A DNA stretch of 63,570 nucleotides from a virus (IMGVR_UViG_3300031997_000009:1-63570); one strand, 5' to 3'; counted from the first letter of the stretch, positions 1 to 9,825 are shown. The notes: generated by a model from the letters alone, not told the origin. Made by a program: numbers and translations.

Positions 1-200
1 CAGGTGGATAATCGCATAGGGCCACGTTGGCGCCATCATGGATAGGCCATACCGCCTTAATTGAGCGGCCGCTGGCCTATCTTTTTTTTTCACCCATTCA
101 ACACGGAGGCGGTATGGAGTCCATTTTCAGCTCAACGGTGGACGCACTGGAGCGTCTGCAGGAGGAGCGCGAGTGCGCTCTGCAGGACGGTGACGCCGAG
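1..200. repeat. 200-bp terminal direct repeat, left copy
   Basis: 1-200 is identical to 63371-63570 except position 101 (a) vs 63471 (c). Confidence 0.95.
41..90 (+). terminator. intrinsic terminator-like hairpin
   Basis: GATAGGCCA...TGGCCTATC stem followed by a T run. Confidence 0.65.
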
Positions 201-239
201 GCATTCGCGGAGGCTGACGAAGAAATCGCAGCGTACTGA
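114..239 (+). CDS. small acidic hypothetical protein (41 aa)
   Basis: ACGGAGG RBS before ATG at 114; MESIFSS...EEIAAY. Confidence 0.6.
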   Translation: MESIFSSTVDALERLQEERECALQDGDAEAFAEADEEIAAY

Positions 240-425
240 GTCTGCAGGGGCGGGCGTGGCCGATACGGGCTTTGTTGTCCGGAGGCGTGCGCCTGTCCCC
301 TTTCCCATCGCTTTGCAATCCCATCAAGGCAGGCGGATGCGTCAAAACGCAGGGCCGCAAGTCCACGCAGGGAGAAGTGGGCATGGCCTGGCGGTCAGTG
401 TTCGCCTTTCTTTTCGCACATTCGC

Positions 426-501
426 AAGGGTCGGATAAACTTAAACCGGAGGTCTGTATGAGAAGGGTCGGATAAACTTAAACCGGAGGTCTGTATGAGA
501 A
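426..501. repeat. perfect 37-bp tandem duplication containing an RBS and ATG
   Basis: AAGGGTCGGATAAACTTAAACCGGAGGTCTGTATGAG at 426-462 and 463-499. Confidence 0.9.
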
Positions 502-653
502 CGAATCGGCACGTTGATGCCCGCACGCTCGCACTCACGATTGCAGGCGTCAGGCAGGCGGCACTCACGACCGAGTACCTGCTCAAGAAGTGGGAACAGG
601 AAAGGGGCTGGCAGGGGCGGGGCGTCGAGCGCATCACCCGCCAGCTCGCGTAA
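495..653 (+). CDS. small hypothetical protein (52 aa)
   Basis: GGAGG RBS; translated by hand: MRTNRHVDAR...ITRQLA. Confidence 0.6.
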   Translation: MRTNRHVDARTLALTIAGVRQAALTTEYLLKKWEQERGWQGRGVERITRQLA

Positions 654-688
654 AAGAGTGGTCGGGCAAACTCAAAACCGGAGGTCCC

Positions 689-790
689 ATGTTTCTCAAA
701 TCCAAGGAAAACCCGCGCTCCTGGGCGAACAGGAAGCGCGATGACAGCAAGACGTACGAGTCACGGCCGGTGAACTGGATCGGCAAGTAG
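689..790 (+). CDS. small hypothetical protein (33 aa)
   Basis: CCGGAGG RBS; MFLKSKENPRSW...WIGK. Confidence 0.5.
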   Translation: MFLKSKENPRSWANRKRDDSKTYESRPVNWIGK

Positions 791-929
791 GCCAGCAAAG
801 GCCGCACACGGACGGCCATAAGGGGTATGCTTCCGCGCACCCCATCCGCGTCAGCCCCATGTGCAGGCGTCCACGCCGCGGGGCCGGATAACCAACCAAC
901 TGCACCAACCTTTACACAGGAGGGCTCAC

Positions 930-1061
930 ATGACCGAACGCATGAAGTCCTGGCTCGGCTACACGGGCCAGAAGTGGAAGCGCCTGAACCGCAAGGCCCG
1001 CGTCGAGACCATCTTCGAGATGCAGTTCCACGACCTCGACAACCCGCCGGTGAGGATGTAA
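930..1061 (+). CDS. small hypothetical protein (43 aa)
   Basis: ACAGGAGG RBS; MTERMKSWLG... Confidence 0.6.
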   Translation: MTERMKSWLGYTGQKWKRLNRKARVETIFEMQFHDLDNPPVRM

Positions 1062-1322
1062 GTGAACGACATCACCAACCTCGAAATCGCCCCGAAGGTG
1101 GTCGAGCACGGAATAAGCCGGACGCTCGCCACCGGACGCGCCACCTTCAACGACGCCATCACCGCACCCTTCAAAATCAACGAAAGGCGCGATGGCATCT
1201 ATGTTGTCTGGATCGGCATCGGATTCGCAAATGACGCCGCGCGCAAGGAGGCGTCCAACCGCGTGTTAGCCCACTACGTCATAAACCATTACATCTCGGA
1301 CTACGAAACGACCGAAAAATAA
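1062..1322 (+). CDS. hypothetical protein
   Basis: 86-aa ORF abutting the previous stop, phage-like codon use. Confidence 0.55.
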   Translation: MNDITNLEIAPKVVEHGISRTLATGRATFNDAITAPFKINERRDGIYVVWIGIGFANDAARKEASNRVLAHYVINHYISDYETTEK

Positions 1323-1345
1323 ACCTTAACACAGGAGGGTATCGA

Positions 1346-1984
1346 ATGGTAACGAACACCACGACCTTCAAGTTCGACCGCCAGGGGCGGTCAGTCCCAT
1401 GCTCGCAGGTTCAGGAGAACCTCGACGCGAATTCCGTCCACGCGCTCTGCCAGCTCAAGCGCAAGCTGAGGGGGTACTGAAATGGCGCGCTTCAAAGTGC
1501 AGGTCACGGCAGAAGTCGTGCTTGACGCCGACACGCCCAATGGCGCCATGACTGCGGTCTCGCATCACCTCGGCAACGACTTCGACATCAAGGGTAACAG
1601 CATGGCCCGGTTCGTGCAGGGCCGGGGATGGGTGCAGGTGTGAACTGGCCCCTCATGTCCCACAGCCAGCAAGTCAGCTTGTACCACATCATCCGCGAGC
1701 ACGGACACCCGCAGTCAGTCACAGCGGGAAGCCGTGGAGAAGTCAAAGTCAATCTCGGCGCCGTCACGCTCACCATAGACGCCGGCGGCGTCATCAACGC
1801 ATAAACCTTAACAGGAGGTCTCATGCTTTACACGGTCATGGTTCAGGGGGCGGGACACCCGCTACCCGCGGAAGTCGGAGAGTTCACCCTCGGCAAAGCC
1901 CTTCGGTGCGCCGAGAAACTGCACGCAAAGAAGGCCGGAGAAATCTGCATCGTATCCAGCTCCGGACGCAGGTATCTGTACTAA
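1346..1984 (+). CDS. four tandem small ORFs (1346-1480, 1482-1643, 1640-1804, 1823-1984)
   Basis: translated by hand; tightly packed, ACAGGAGG RBS before 1346 and 1823, GTGA overlap at 1640. Confidence 0.55.
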
Positions 1985-2002
1985 GCGAGAGGAGGAACGC
2001 GA

Positions 2003-3544
2003 ATGAGTGAAGACAAAGACACGGGATTGTATGCTGGCCTCATGCTGTCTGCTCCCGAAGTCAAGACGCCACCGAAACGCAAGGGCTCGAAGCGCGAGAA
2101 GGAACAGCTCGGCAGAATACTCAATGACATCGCCAAAAGGATGCCCGTCTCCCCGCCCACGGTGCAAATCTGCTACGATTGCAAAGAGTGGTTTCCCGTG
2201 AACGTCGGCACATGGGTGCAGGATGGCGACAGGTTTGTGTGTCACGACTGCCGCGACGAGCACTATTTCAAGTGTGCCAGATGCGGAGATTACGAATACG
2301 CCGATAACGCCTGCACCGGATCGGACGACTGCTCCTACTGCCAGCACTGCTTTGACGATAAGTTTATATGTTGCGAGAAGTGCGGCGAGACCATGAGCGT
2401 CGATAACTCCTGCACCGGCGCGGACGACTGCTCCTACTGTCAATCGTGCTTCGGCCTCGCGTTCGTCGCCTGCGCCCACTGTGCCAGAACGATGGAACGG
2501 GACGACAATGACGGCGTTGAGCTTGACGGCGACCTGTGGTGCCGGAGATGCGCCGAAAGATATCTTGCTTACTGCGTCCATTGCGAAGAATACCACCACA
2601 ACGATGACTCACGCAACCACCGGGATGGATGGCAGGGATGCGTGAGCTGCTACGACGAATACTGCAACGGTATCCCGGACGGAGCACCGAATGAAGGGAC
2701 ACAGATGATACACGACCACACCTATAAGCCGACGCCAATCTACTTCCGTACGGAGAAGGATGAGAAATTACGACCCGACCAGAGGGCCTACCTGGGCTTC
2801 GAGCTTGAGGTGGAGGCGGTTACGGCCGACCACGCCAAGGGCGCAAAGGACGTGACTGAGATGTCCGCCATTAACGGAAACCAGCTCTTCTACTGCAAGT
2901 GGGACGGCTCGCTCAGTAACGGCTTCGAGGTTGTCAGTCACCCGATGACCCGCGACTTCATCTTCAACGAGAGGAAGGGCGCGAAGAAGATGATTGCCGA
3001 GGCCATCACAATGCTCCGGCGTTCAGGGTTCCGGTCGTACAACACGACGACCTGCGGCCTGCACTTTCACCTGTCAAGAAAGCACTTCGAGGGCACGTTC
3101 CACCTGTTCAAATTCCTGCGCTTCTGGTACGCCATGGACAAGGCCTTCGTGGTCTCGGTCTCTGGACGCAGTGATGAGAGGTCGATGCAGCAGTATTGCT
3201 CGCTGACGGACAACGAACATTCAAGCGCAAAGGAAGCCTGCATCTACAAGTCGAAGGAAAAGTACGGACGTAACAGGTATCAGGCTGTCAACCTGTGTAA
3301 TCGCCACACCATCGAGGTCCGCATCTTCAAGGGCACGCTGAACGTGGACAGCTTCTTCCGCAAGGCCGAACTCATGTTCGCCGCCATCGAGTTCACAAGG
3401 CAGGCGCCCCACACCTACGTCCTCGACGACTTCTTCCGGTGGGTCAACGAGCATTACAAGGAATACCCGTACAGTTTCGGGTGGTTGACATCTAAACGCC
3501 TTATAGTCGCAGTCAAACAAGAGGAGGAGATAGCGTGTGCATAA
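2003..3544 (+). CDS. putative amidoligase (COOH-NH2 ligase, Amidoligase_2-like) with N-terminal Cys-rich zinc-ribbon repeats
   Basis: motifs YLGFELEVE, KWDGSL, GFEVVSHP, CGLHFHLSR, RYQAVN, TIEVRIFKGT; repeated CxxC pairs in the first ~220 aa. Confidence 0.85.
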   Translation: MSEDKDTGLYAGLMLSAPEVKTPPKRKGSKREKEQLGRILNDIAKRMPVSPPTVQICYDCKEWFPVNVGTWVQDGDRFVCHDCRDEHYFKCARCGDYEYADNACTGSDDCSYCQHCFDDKFICCEKCGETMSVDNSCTGADDCSYCQSCFGLAFVACAHCARTMERDDNDGVELDGDLWCRRCAERYLAYCVHCEEYHHNDDSRNHRDGWQGCVSCYDEYCNGIPDGAPNEGTQMIHDHTYKPTPIYFRTEKDEKLRPDQRAYLGFELEVEAVTADHAKGAKDVTEMSAINGNQLFYCKWDGSLSNGFEVVSHPMTRDFIFNERKGAKKMIAEAITMLRRSGFRSYNTTTCGLHFHLSRKHFEGTFHLFKFLRFWYAMDKAFVVSVSGRSDERSMQQYCSLTDNEHSSAKEACIYKSKEKYGRNRYQAVNLCNRHTIEVRIFKGTLNVDSFFRKAELMFAAIEFTRQAPHTYVLDDFFRWVNEHYKEYPYSFGWLTSKRLIVAVKQEEEIACA

Positions 3545-4452
3545 TCATCGTCAAGCCTGCGGGCAAGGCGGTTACAAAGAAACAGCTTCACAATGCCTGG
3601 GACAACAACGATGACGGGGCCGGCTTCGTCTATGCCAGGGACGGCAAGCTCGTCATCCACAAGGAGCTCCATTCGTTCCGCAAGTTCTGGAAAGCGTATC
3701 ATCAAAACTGCCTCGACAATGAGAACGTGCTGCTTCATTTCAGGATTATGTCAAGCGGATATCACGATATCCAAAACGTCCATCCGTTCCTCATCGACGA
3801 AAACCACGCCCTCGTACACAATGGAGTACTAAGCTGCGTCAAGGTTCCGCTTGACTCGGACATCAACGACACGCAGGTTTTCATCGAGGAGTTTCTCAGG
3901 TGTATGGTTGACTCGGGAACAGGCGGTCCCGTGGATTGGGTGAACAACGAACTCGCCGCGGATTATGCCGAGGCCGTCATCGGAAAGTGGAATAAGATGG
4001 CGGTTATCAACAGCAATGGCGACGTCAACATCTGGAACGAGAGCGAAGGGCATTGGGCCGATGGGTGCTGGTTCAGCAACTACACATACTCCTACGGGAA
4101 ATCGGTCTCGACATACAGCTACGGATACCCTGAAATCGGATGGTACGAAGTCGGAAATAAGAACTACAAGGACAAGTGGCTCGAAGATTGGGAGCGCAAC
4201 AGGTTCGGCAACCGGGAACCATACGGCGGAAGCCAGGTGACATTCCTCACCGACGACCTCGCAGAGAAAAAGAAATGGCCGGAGTCGGAAGACATTGACA
4301 GCGAGAGCACGGACAGGGACGTAACGGTTTACGACCAGGGGTGTCTGGAATGCGGCGTCCTCCTGTCAAAGGAGGAGATACGCTCGGGGTGGGGATGCTG
4401 CGCCGATTGCGTGCAAAAAGCATTCGAGGCGCAAGACGGGATGGTAACATGA
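3535..4452 (+). CDS. class II (Ntn) glutamine amidotransferase
   Basis: N-terminal M-C nucleophile, NNDDGAG, HFR, HPF, HNG, SDxxDT motifs; overlaps the amidoligase stop. Confidence 0.85.
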   Translation: MCIIIVKPAGKAVTKKQLHNAWDNNDDGAGFVYARDGKLVIHKELHSFRKFWKAYHQNCLDNENVLLHFRIMSSGYHDIQNVHPFLIDENHALVHNGVLSCVKVPLDSDINDTQVFIEEFLRCMVDSGTGGPVDWVNNELAADYAEAVIGKWNKMAVINSNGDVNIWNESEGHWADGCWFSNYTYSYGKSVSTYSYGYPEIGWYEVGNKNYKDKWLEDWERNRFGNREPYGGSQVTFLTDDLAEKKKWPESEDIDSESTDRDVTVYDQGCLECGVLLSKEEIRSGWGCCADCVQKAFEAQDGMVT

Positions 4453-4466
4453 AAGGAGGTTTCGGT

Positions 4467-5099
4467 ATGGCAAAATTCGCAGTCGTCAGAAAAGACCTAC
4501 GGGAAGCGCGGCTCCATGTCCCGCTCGAAGATGAAACGTACATCGGGCCGGACGGGCATTGGGAATACCGATGGCTCGAAGGCGATGTCTTCGAGGTCAA
4601 GGTGAACGAGGAGTGGAAGGTTGCCGACAGCGCCGACTTCGACTTCAGCAACGAGGCCTTGTGAAAAGAAAGCTGTTCAGATTCGGAGTGATGAAGTGGG
4701 GCGGATACGCCGAGATCAGCATCAGACCCTGCAAAGAATCGGACGCAGGCATCTGCGTCTTCGCCTACTACAACGCCAAGACCCCGCCCGGAAGAGAGTG
4801 GGGCGACCGGGAATTGTACGGACGCTTCCATCTCGGCATCGGGTTCGGTCGGTTCCTGTTCGAGTTCAGATCCAAGGGTGGGTTCCACTACTGCAACTAC
4901 TTCGCCACGGGAGTCGGAGGGTGAGATGCAAATAGGAACGAAAGAATACCTGGGCGACAGCGTGTACATCGAGTTCACGGGAGACGGAGTGCGCCTGTAT
5001 CTTGACATCGGCATGGGCGCCCACACGGAAATCTTTATGGAGGGGGATGTCATCGACAAGTTTCAGCAGTTTATTAAACGAGCACAGGAGCCAATATGA
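4467..5099 (+). CDS. three small hypothetical proteins (4467-4664, 4661-4924, 4926-5099)
   Basis: RBS-preceded, coupled ORFs; the third has a YLGDSVY motif. Confidence 0.55.
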
Positions 5100-5283
5100 A
5101 AAAGAAAAAGCGTTCCCCGTTAATATGCTATTACATCACGGATAAAGGAGAGAGGATGCGAGTCGAACACCGCGGAAAATATCGCTCCTGCCCGTGGATA
5201 GCGGCATCTCGATGCCATAACAAATCGTGTGAACTGGCGGGCCCTCGCCTGCTCAACCATAACCAATAACAGGAGGAGGATTA

Positions 5284-5685
5284 GTGTATCTCAAGGGTCT
5301 GACAAAAGAAGTGGTCATCGCAACCACAGAGTCTCAAAAGCTGCCTGAATTTAGCGAGAAGGGCAAGGCTATAATGAAAATCCTTAACGCGGCCAGCATA
5401 GACCCGACATACAAAGGCGTCCTCATCAATGCCTTCTCCGAACTTTTGGACGAGAAGTTGTCGGCTGTAGGCACAACATTGCCCGCCCTTTTCACGGCGA
5501 TTGTGTTTACAGCGAACACTAACGGACACAGTTATCCCATGAATGCGGTCTGCATATATGACCTGCCCCACAACCGATGCTGGACAAAGAACGGAACCCA
5601 GGGAAACTCCGCGCCTTGCGACAGAGCGGATAATTCATGGCGGTTCGCTACCAAGGAAGAAATAGAAGCGGCGTTCACAGAGTAA
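5284..5685 (+). CDS. hypothetical protein
   Basis: 133-aa ORF with strong ACAGGAGGAGG RBS. Confidence 0.7.
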   Translation: MYLKGLTKEVVIATTESQKLPEFSEKGKAIMKILNAASIDPTYKGVLINAFSELLDEKLSAVGTTLPALFTAIVFTANTNGHSYPMNAVCIYDLPHNRCWTKNGTQGNSAPCDRADNSWRFATKEEIEAAFTE

Positions 5686-5722
5686 CGCCAGAGCCCCATA
5701 ACCCAATCAAAGGAGAAGCAGA

Positions 5723-5959
5723 ATGATCAAAACCATCAAAATCAACCCCGGCACGGGCGAAACGAACTCGGACGGCGACAAAATCCTCGCCACCGCGACC
5801 GTGACCCTGGAGTGCGGCGCCATCCTCACGGGCATCGAGGTCATCAGGACCGACCGTGACGAGACGAAGGTGTCCCGCGACAGCCGGCCCCTGTTCACCA
5901 CCAAGGAGATCCGCAGGGACTTCTGCGCCAAGATCGTCTCCGCCTACCAGGCCGCCTAA
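5723..5959 (+). CDS. SpoVG-like nucleic-acid-binding protein
   Basis: ILATATVTLECGAILTGIEVI and C-terminal helix ending IVSAY resemble the SpoVG pattern; strong codon bias. Confidence 0.55.
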   Translation: MIKTIKINPGTGETNSDGDKILATATVTLECGAILTGIEVIRTDRDETKVSRDSRPLFTTKEIRRDFCAKIVSAYQAA

Positions 5960-5973
5960 CAGACGGAGCCAAA

Positions 5974-6012
5974 GGACGGGGCCGGAACTTCCGGCCCCGC
6001 CCCTTTCTTTTT
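5974..6012 (+). terminator. intrinsic terminator
   Basis: GGGGCCGGAA-C-TTCCGGCCCC then TTTCTTTTT. Confidence 0.8.
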
Positions 6013-6025
6013 CACAGGAGGAGAC

Positions 6026-6313
6026 ATGATTAAGTGGGAAAAGTTATCACGCAAATCCGCGGAGCTCGCTCACAACATCGCGTTCCGCGCATTCAAACTG
6101 CTCACGAAGCAGGAAGTGGAACAGCACGGGCTCAAGTTGCACGAACTGGAGATGGATATCTGCGCCGCGCATCTCAGGAGCCCCATCAACCTTGAAGGCC
6201 TGCTCTCTGCGACAGACAGCGACCTCGGCCACGACGTATTCGGAATCCGCAGGTTCATCGACAGAGACACGGGCTTTCTCAAGCACGGGTTCAGCCCGAG
6301 GTGGTCCAAGTGA
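6026..6313 (+). CDS. conserved phage protein (DUF6874-like)
   Basis: MDICAAH...HDVFGIRRFIDRDTG...FSPRW pattern. Confidence 0.65.
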   Translation: MIKWEKLSRKSAELAHNIAFRAFKLLTKQEVEQHGLKLHELEMDICAAHLRSPINLEGLLSATDSDLGHDVFGIRRFIDRDTGFLKHGFSPRWSK

Positions 6314-7807
6314 AAACACAAATGTTCATGGCCTCAATCCAGGAGGTCAACGGCGAACAGGAATACAAGCAGGACGCAATCATATTCGCAAAGACGCTCG
6401 CCAATGCGACAAAGAAGGCGGAGAAGTCCGTGCGTCATTGGTACGGAGACGATGAAGACTCGGGCAAAGAAGAAGGCGGAGGGTATTATTTCCTCGGCGG
6501 TCGAGTCCATGTGAGTCTGGAAAATGTTTGCCCGATAACGGCAGATGAATTTATCAGGAGGCACACGCTATGAAACAAGGCAAAGGCAGGCCACGCAAGA
6601 ACGGAAAGACCTTCAGGTTTGTCGTGGTCGTGCGTATCAAAGGCCGCAACTACTCGGCCAAAATCTTCAAAGACCGGAGGTAGACAGAATGAGAAAGCGA
6701 TACGTCATACCAAAGATAAGAGTGGACGTGCTGCGAGATGGTAAGGTTGTCGATACCATCACCCGAGCCTGCTGCTACCAAGGAGTCATCTTCTCCTGCA
6801 AATACAAGGGGTGTATCTACCCCATCTACCCTAACGTGTTCCGGAAGAAGAGGATCCATAACAAACCATTCATCGTCCTCGATGTGCCTTACGAACTAAG
6901 GGGGGAGTCGAAAGACCAGCCCTTCGCCGGACACGACGGAGGACAGGAGGGTGCTGATGATTAAGCTCACACAGAAACAGAAGGGCCGCATTAAAGAATA
7001 CCTGCTTACGCCACATCAGGATTATATCGCAAAACATTTCATCACGAAGCGGCAGCGCAAGGAACTTGCAAAGACGCGCGAGACCAGGGCCCTCATCGGT
7101 CGCGAATGCGACCTCATTCTTAACTAATTCGAGAAGGAGAACCCAAGATACTATGAAGCAAAAGCGTAATCCCAAAGCAAAAGAATGGACGGTGTGCGGT
7201 TACTTCGAGGACAATGGGCAGCCGTGGGTGGAGTACGCGACAGCGGCCACATGGGACCGAGCCGTAAAGAAAGCGGTAGAGCTCCATAGGCGTCGCTACA
7301 ACCCCGACATGGACTTTGCCAATTACATTATCGTATGCTGCTTCTTAGGCGAGGTCGTTGATTACAGCGAACACTCAAGCGTCTGCACGGCAGCAGACTT
7401 TCTGGAGGGATTCAAAAAATGAGCAAACCCAAGAGCATATCCGAGCAGGTGATCGCCGTGCTCACCGGAACCATCGAGGCATCCATCGAGCACGCTATGA
7501 AGATGGAGGGCCGCATCAAGGTAGCGTGCGTGGAACTGGAGAATCTCAAAGGACAATACCGCCCTACCCCTGGATTTTCAGCCATCGAAGATTTCAAACG
7601 AGAGGGGCTATTCAATGCCCTGACCGACATTCAAAACATACTGGAGGGAAAGGAATGAAATATCTTATCATGGACGAGCGGTACAGATTCGACGAGGACG
7701 CGGCTGTCTGCATGGATACCGCAGACACGCTCGAAGAAGCAAGGGAAGCGGCGCACGACCAGGGCGGCATCGTGGTCGAGGTAGACAGCGGGGAGATTGT
7801 CGAATGA
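6310..7807 (+). CDS. run of small coupled hypothetical proteins (including 6310-6573, 6689-6964, 7153-7422, 7419-7658, 7655-7807)
   Basis: ATGA/GTGA overlaps and RBSs; no family recognised. Confidence 0.55.
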
Positions 7808-7918
7808 AGAAATTTCTTCTCGACTTCCTCTTGTGTATCGGGGCTTTATTACTTATATACGGCACAATAACCGTACTCCAAAATCTTAAAAGTTTCTTTA
7901 ACAAATAAAGGAGGGCTG

Positions 7919-8239
7919 ATGAATTTCAGTTCGCTGTTTGGCAAGAGGTCGAAGGCTGCGGCGCAGGTCGCCGTGGCAGAAGCAGAGGTCAGGGAAACGG
8001 AAGAGACGAAGGGCGAGGCCAGGGTACGCTCGTACTTCGAGGCGCTCGGCATCAGGTCCAGCGAGATCATTCCACGGGTCAACGTGCTCACGTTCGACGG
8101 GTGGTTGGTGCAGGGCCGTATCGTGAAGAAGGGGCAGCACGGATGCAAGCTCGTCACGTTCAAAGACCAGGGCAACGGCAAGAAGAAGCCCATCTACTAC
8201 AGCCTGTTCCATGTGTCGCAGACCACGGAAAACAAATGA
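7919..8239 (+). CDS. ArdC N-terminal-like ssDNA-binding protein (candidate anti-restriction)
   Basis: TFDGWLVQGRIVKKGQHG and LFHVSQT match the ArdC-N/DUF1738 motifs TFxxW..GR.VKKG and F..SQT. Confidence 0.75.
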   Translation: MNFSSLFGKRSKAAAQVAVAEAEVRETEETKGEARVRSYFEALGIRSSEIIPRVNVLTFDGWLVQGRIVKKGQHGCKLVTFKDQGNGKKKPIYYSLFHVSQTTENK

Positions 8240-8610
8240 AGATGATGGTCTGCACGAAACAGGGGCAGGGCAAGCGTAAGAGCGACTTCTCGTGGACGGA
8301 GGAGGGCGAGCTCGCCTACTTCGGGTTCACCTGCGATGGCGAGAAGCTCGATGGTGGGTGCGGATGCGAGCGCTCGTTCTGCGGGATGGACAGCGGCAAG
8401 GCGGGGACGACGGCGAAGATTGTGGATTCCCCTATGACAATAGCGGAGTTCATCAAGAAGCGTACGGCCTCGGACAAGGCGGCGGGATGGAACCAGAAAG
8501 CTGCGGACATCAAAGAAGAGTGCATAGAACTACTCCGTATTGCCAACGTCTTTCCCGTCGGCGCAGTAATCGAGAAACGCGGCGACAAGATACAGATTCG
8601 TAAACTTTAA
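8236..8610 (+). CDS. conserved Cys-containing hypothetical protein
   Basis: ATGA overlap at 8236; QGxRxSDF.W..EGEL and DGGCGCxRxFxG motifs. Confidence 0.65.
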   Translation: MKMMVCTKQGQGKRKSDFSWTEEGELAYFGFTCDGEKLDGGCGCERSFCGMDSGKAGTTAKIVDSPMTIAEFIKKRTASDKAAGWNQKAADIKEECIELLRIANVFPVGAVIEKRGDKIQIRKL

Positions 8611-8622
8611 TGAAAGGATCGT

Positions 8623-9588
8623 ATGGCCCACAATTTAACGCAGCGCAAAGACGGCAGCGTCGAGTACGCTTATGCCGGGGAGACCCCATGGCACAAGCTC
8701 GGCACGGCCGTCCTGGGCGCGATGACTGCAGAGGAAGCGATCAGGTTGGCGAACCTGGCGTGGACCGTGAGTAAGCGTCAGCTAATGACGCTCGACGGGA
8801 TTGACTGCCCCGAGTTTTTCGCCACCGTCAGGGATGATAACAACCTGCCCTTGGGCATGGTCGGCCCTGCCTACGCAGTCTTCCAGAACCACCAGGCTTT
8901 CGCGAGCTTCGACGGAGCGGTCGGAGACCTCGGAGGCAAGTACGTGAGCTGCGGCAGTATCGACGGCGGCAAGCGCATCTTCCTCTTGGCCGAGCTCAAG
9001 GACGACCTCATCATCAAGAAGGTGGATCAGCTTAGGCTCTACCTTCTCCTCACCCATGCCCACGATGGGACGGCGGCAATCAGGTTCATGCGGACAGCGG
9101 TGAGGGTTGTGTGCCAGAACACGCTGAACATGGCTCTGGCTGCTGGCGGGTCGGGCCTGTACGCCAGGCACACCCGGAACGCGAGCGAGAAGATCGTGAA
9201 CGGGGCAGAGCTGGTGGGCCTGTACAGCAAGTCCATGCTCAAGTTCAAGGAGCAGGCCGAGGCCCTGGCCTCAGTCGTGGTCAAAGCGCAGGAGGTGGAG
9301 AAGTTCATCCGCGAAGTGTTCGAGGTGCCAGAGAATGCGGAGGAGACGAGCACGCAGAAGCAGCAGGCAATCAACACCGTGCTCAACAAGTTCGAGAACG
9401 GCGAGCTCAATCGCATCCCCGGGATAGCGGGGACGGCCTGGGCGCTGTTGAACGCCACGACCGAGTACGCCGATCACATGGCGCCATCGGTCACGGACAC
9501 TCCAGAGCGCAGGTTCAAGTCGTCCATGTTCGGCACGTCAAACGACCTGAAGAACGCAGCCCTGACCGCAGCGCTGAAGCTGATATAA
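8623..9588 (+). CDS. DUF932 / TIGR03299-like phage-plasmid protein
   Basis: MAH start, PWHKLG, HDG, VRVVCQNTL, GTAWALLNA.TEY.DH. Confidence 0.9.
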   Translation: MAHNLTQRKDGSVEYAYAGETPWHKLGTAVLGAMTAEEAIRLANLAWTVSKRQLMTLDGIDCPEFFATVRDDNNLPLGMVGPAYAVFQNHQAFASFDGAVGDLGGKYVSCGSIDGGKRIFLLAELKDDLIIKKVDQLRLYLLLTHAHDGTAAIRFMRTAVRVVCQNTLNMALAAGGSGLYARHTRNASEKIVNGAELVGLYSKSMLKFKEQAEALASVVVKAQEVEKFIREVFEVPENAEETSTQKQQAINTVLNKFENGELNRIPGIAGTAWALLNATTEYADHMAPSVTDTPERRFKSSMFGTSNDLKNAALTAALKLI

Positions 9589-9591
9589 ACC

Positions 9592-9819
9592 ATGGACAAA
9601 AAAAACTGTATCGGCTGCCGTGACAATTTCTACAACGGCAATAACGGCCTCGGAGTCAAAGAGTGCTGGAATTTCGAGGACGCCAGGATGATGCTCCGGA
9701 AGAAGGTTGGCGTATGGGACCGGCCGCCCTGGACGTGGAAGCCAAAACTCTTTCCGTCTTGCTATAGTGCGGATGGATTTGCTATGATTAACTGTGACAA
9801 AGAGGACAGGCAATACTGA
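9592..9819 (+). CDS. Cys-rich hypothetical phage protein
   Basis: CIGCRDNFYN...CW...PPW...C. Confidence 0.6.
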   Translation: MDKKNCIGCRDNFYNGNNGLGVKECWNFEDARMMLRKKVGVWDRPPWTWKPKLFPSCYSADGFAMINCDKEDRQY

Positions 9820-9825
9820 AACCGT

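Noticed and set aside
426-501. 37-bp repeat as a CRISPR array
   Set aside because: The two copies are directly adjacent with no spacer and contain an RBS and ATG
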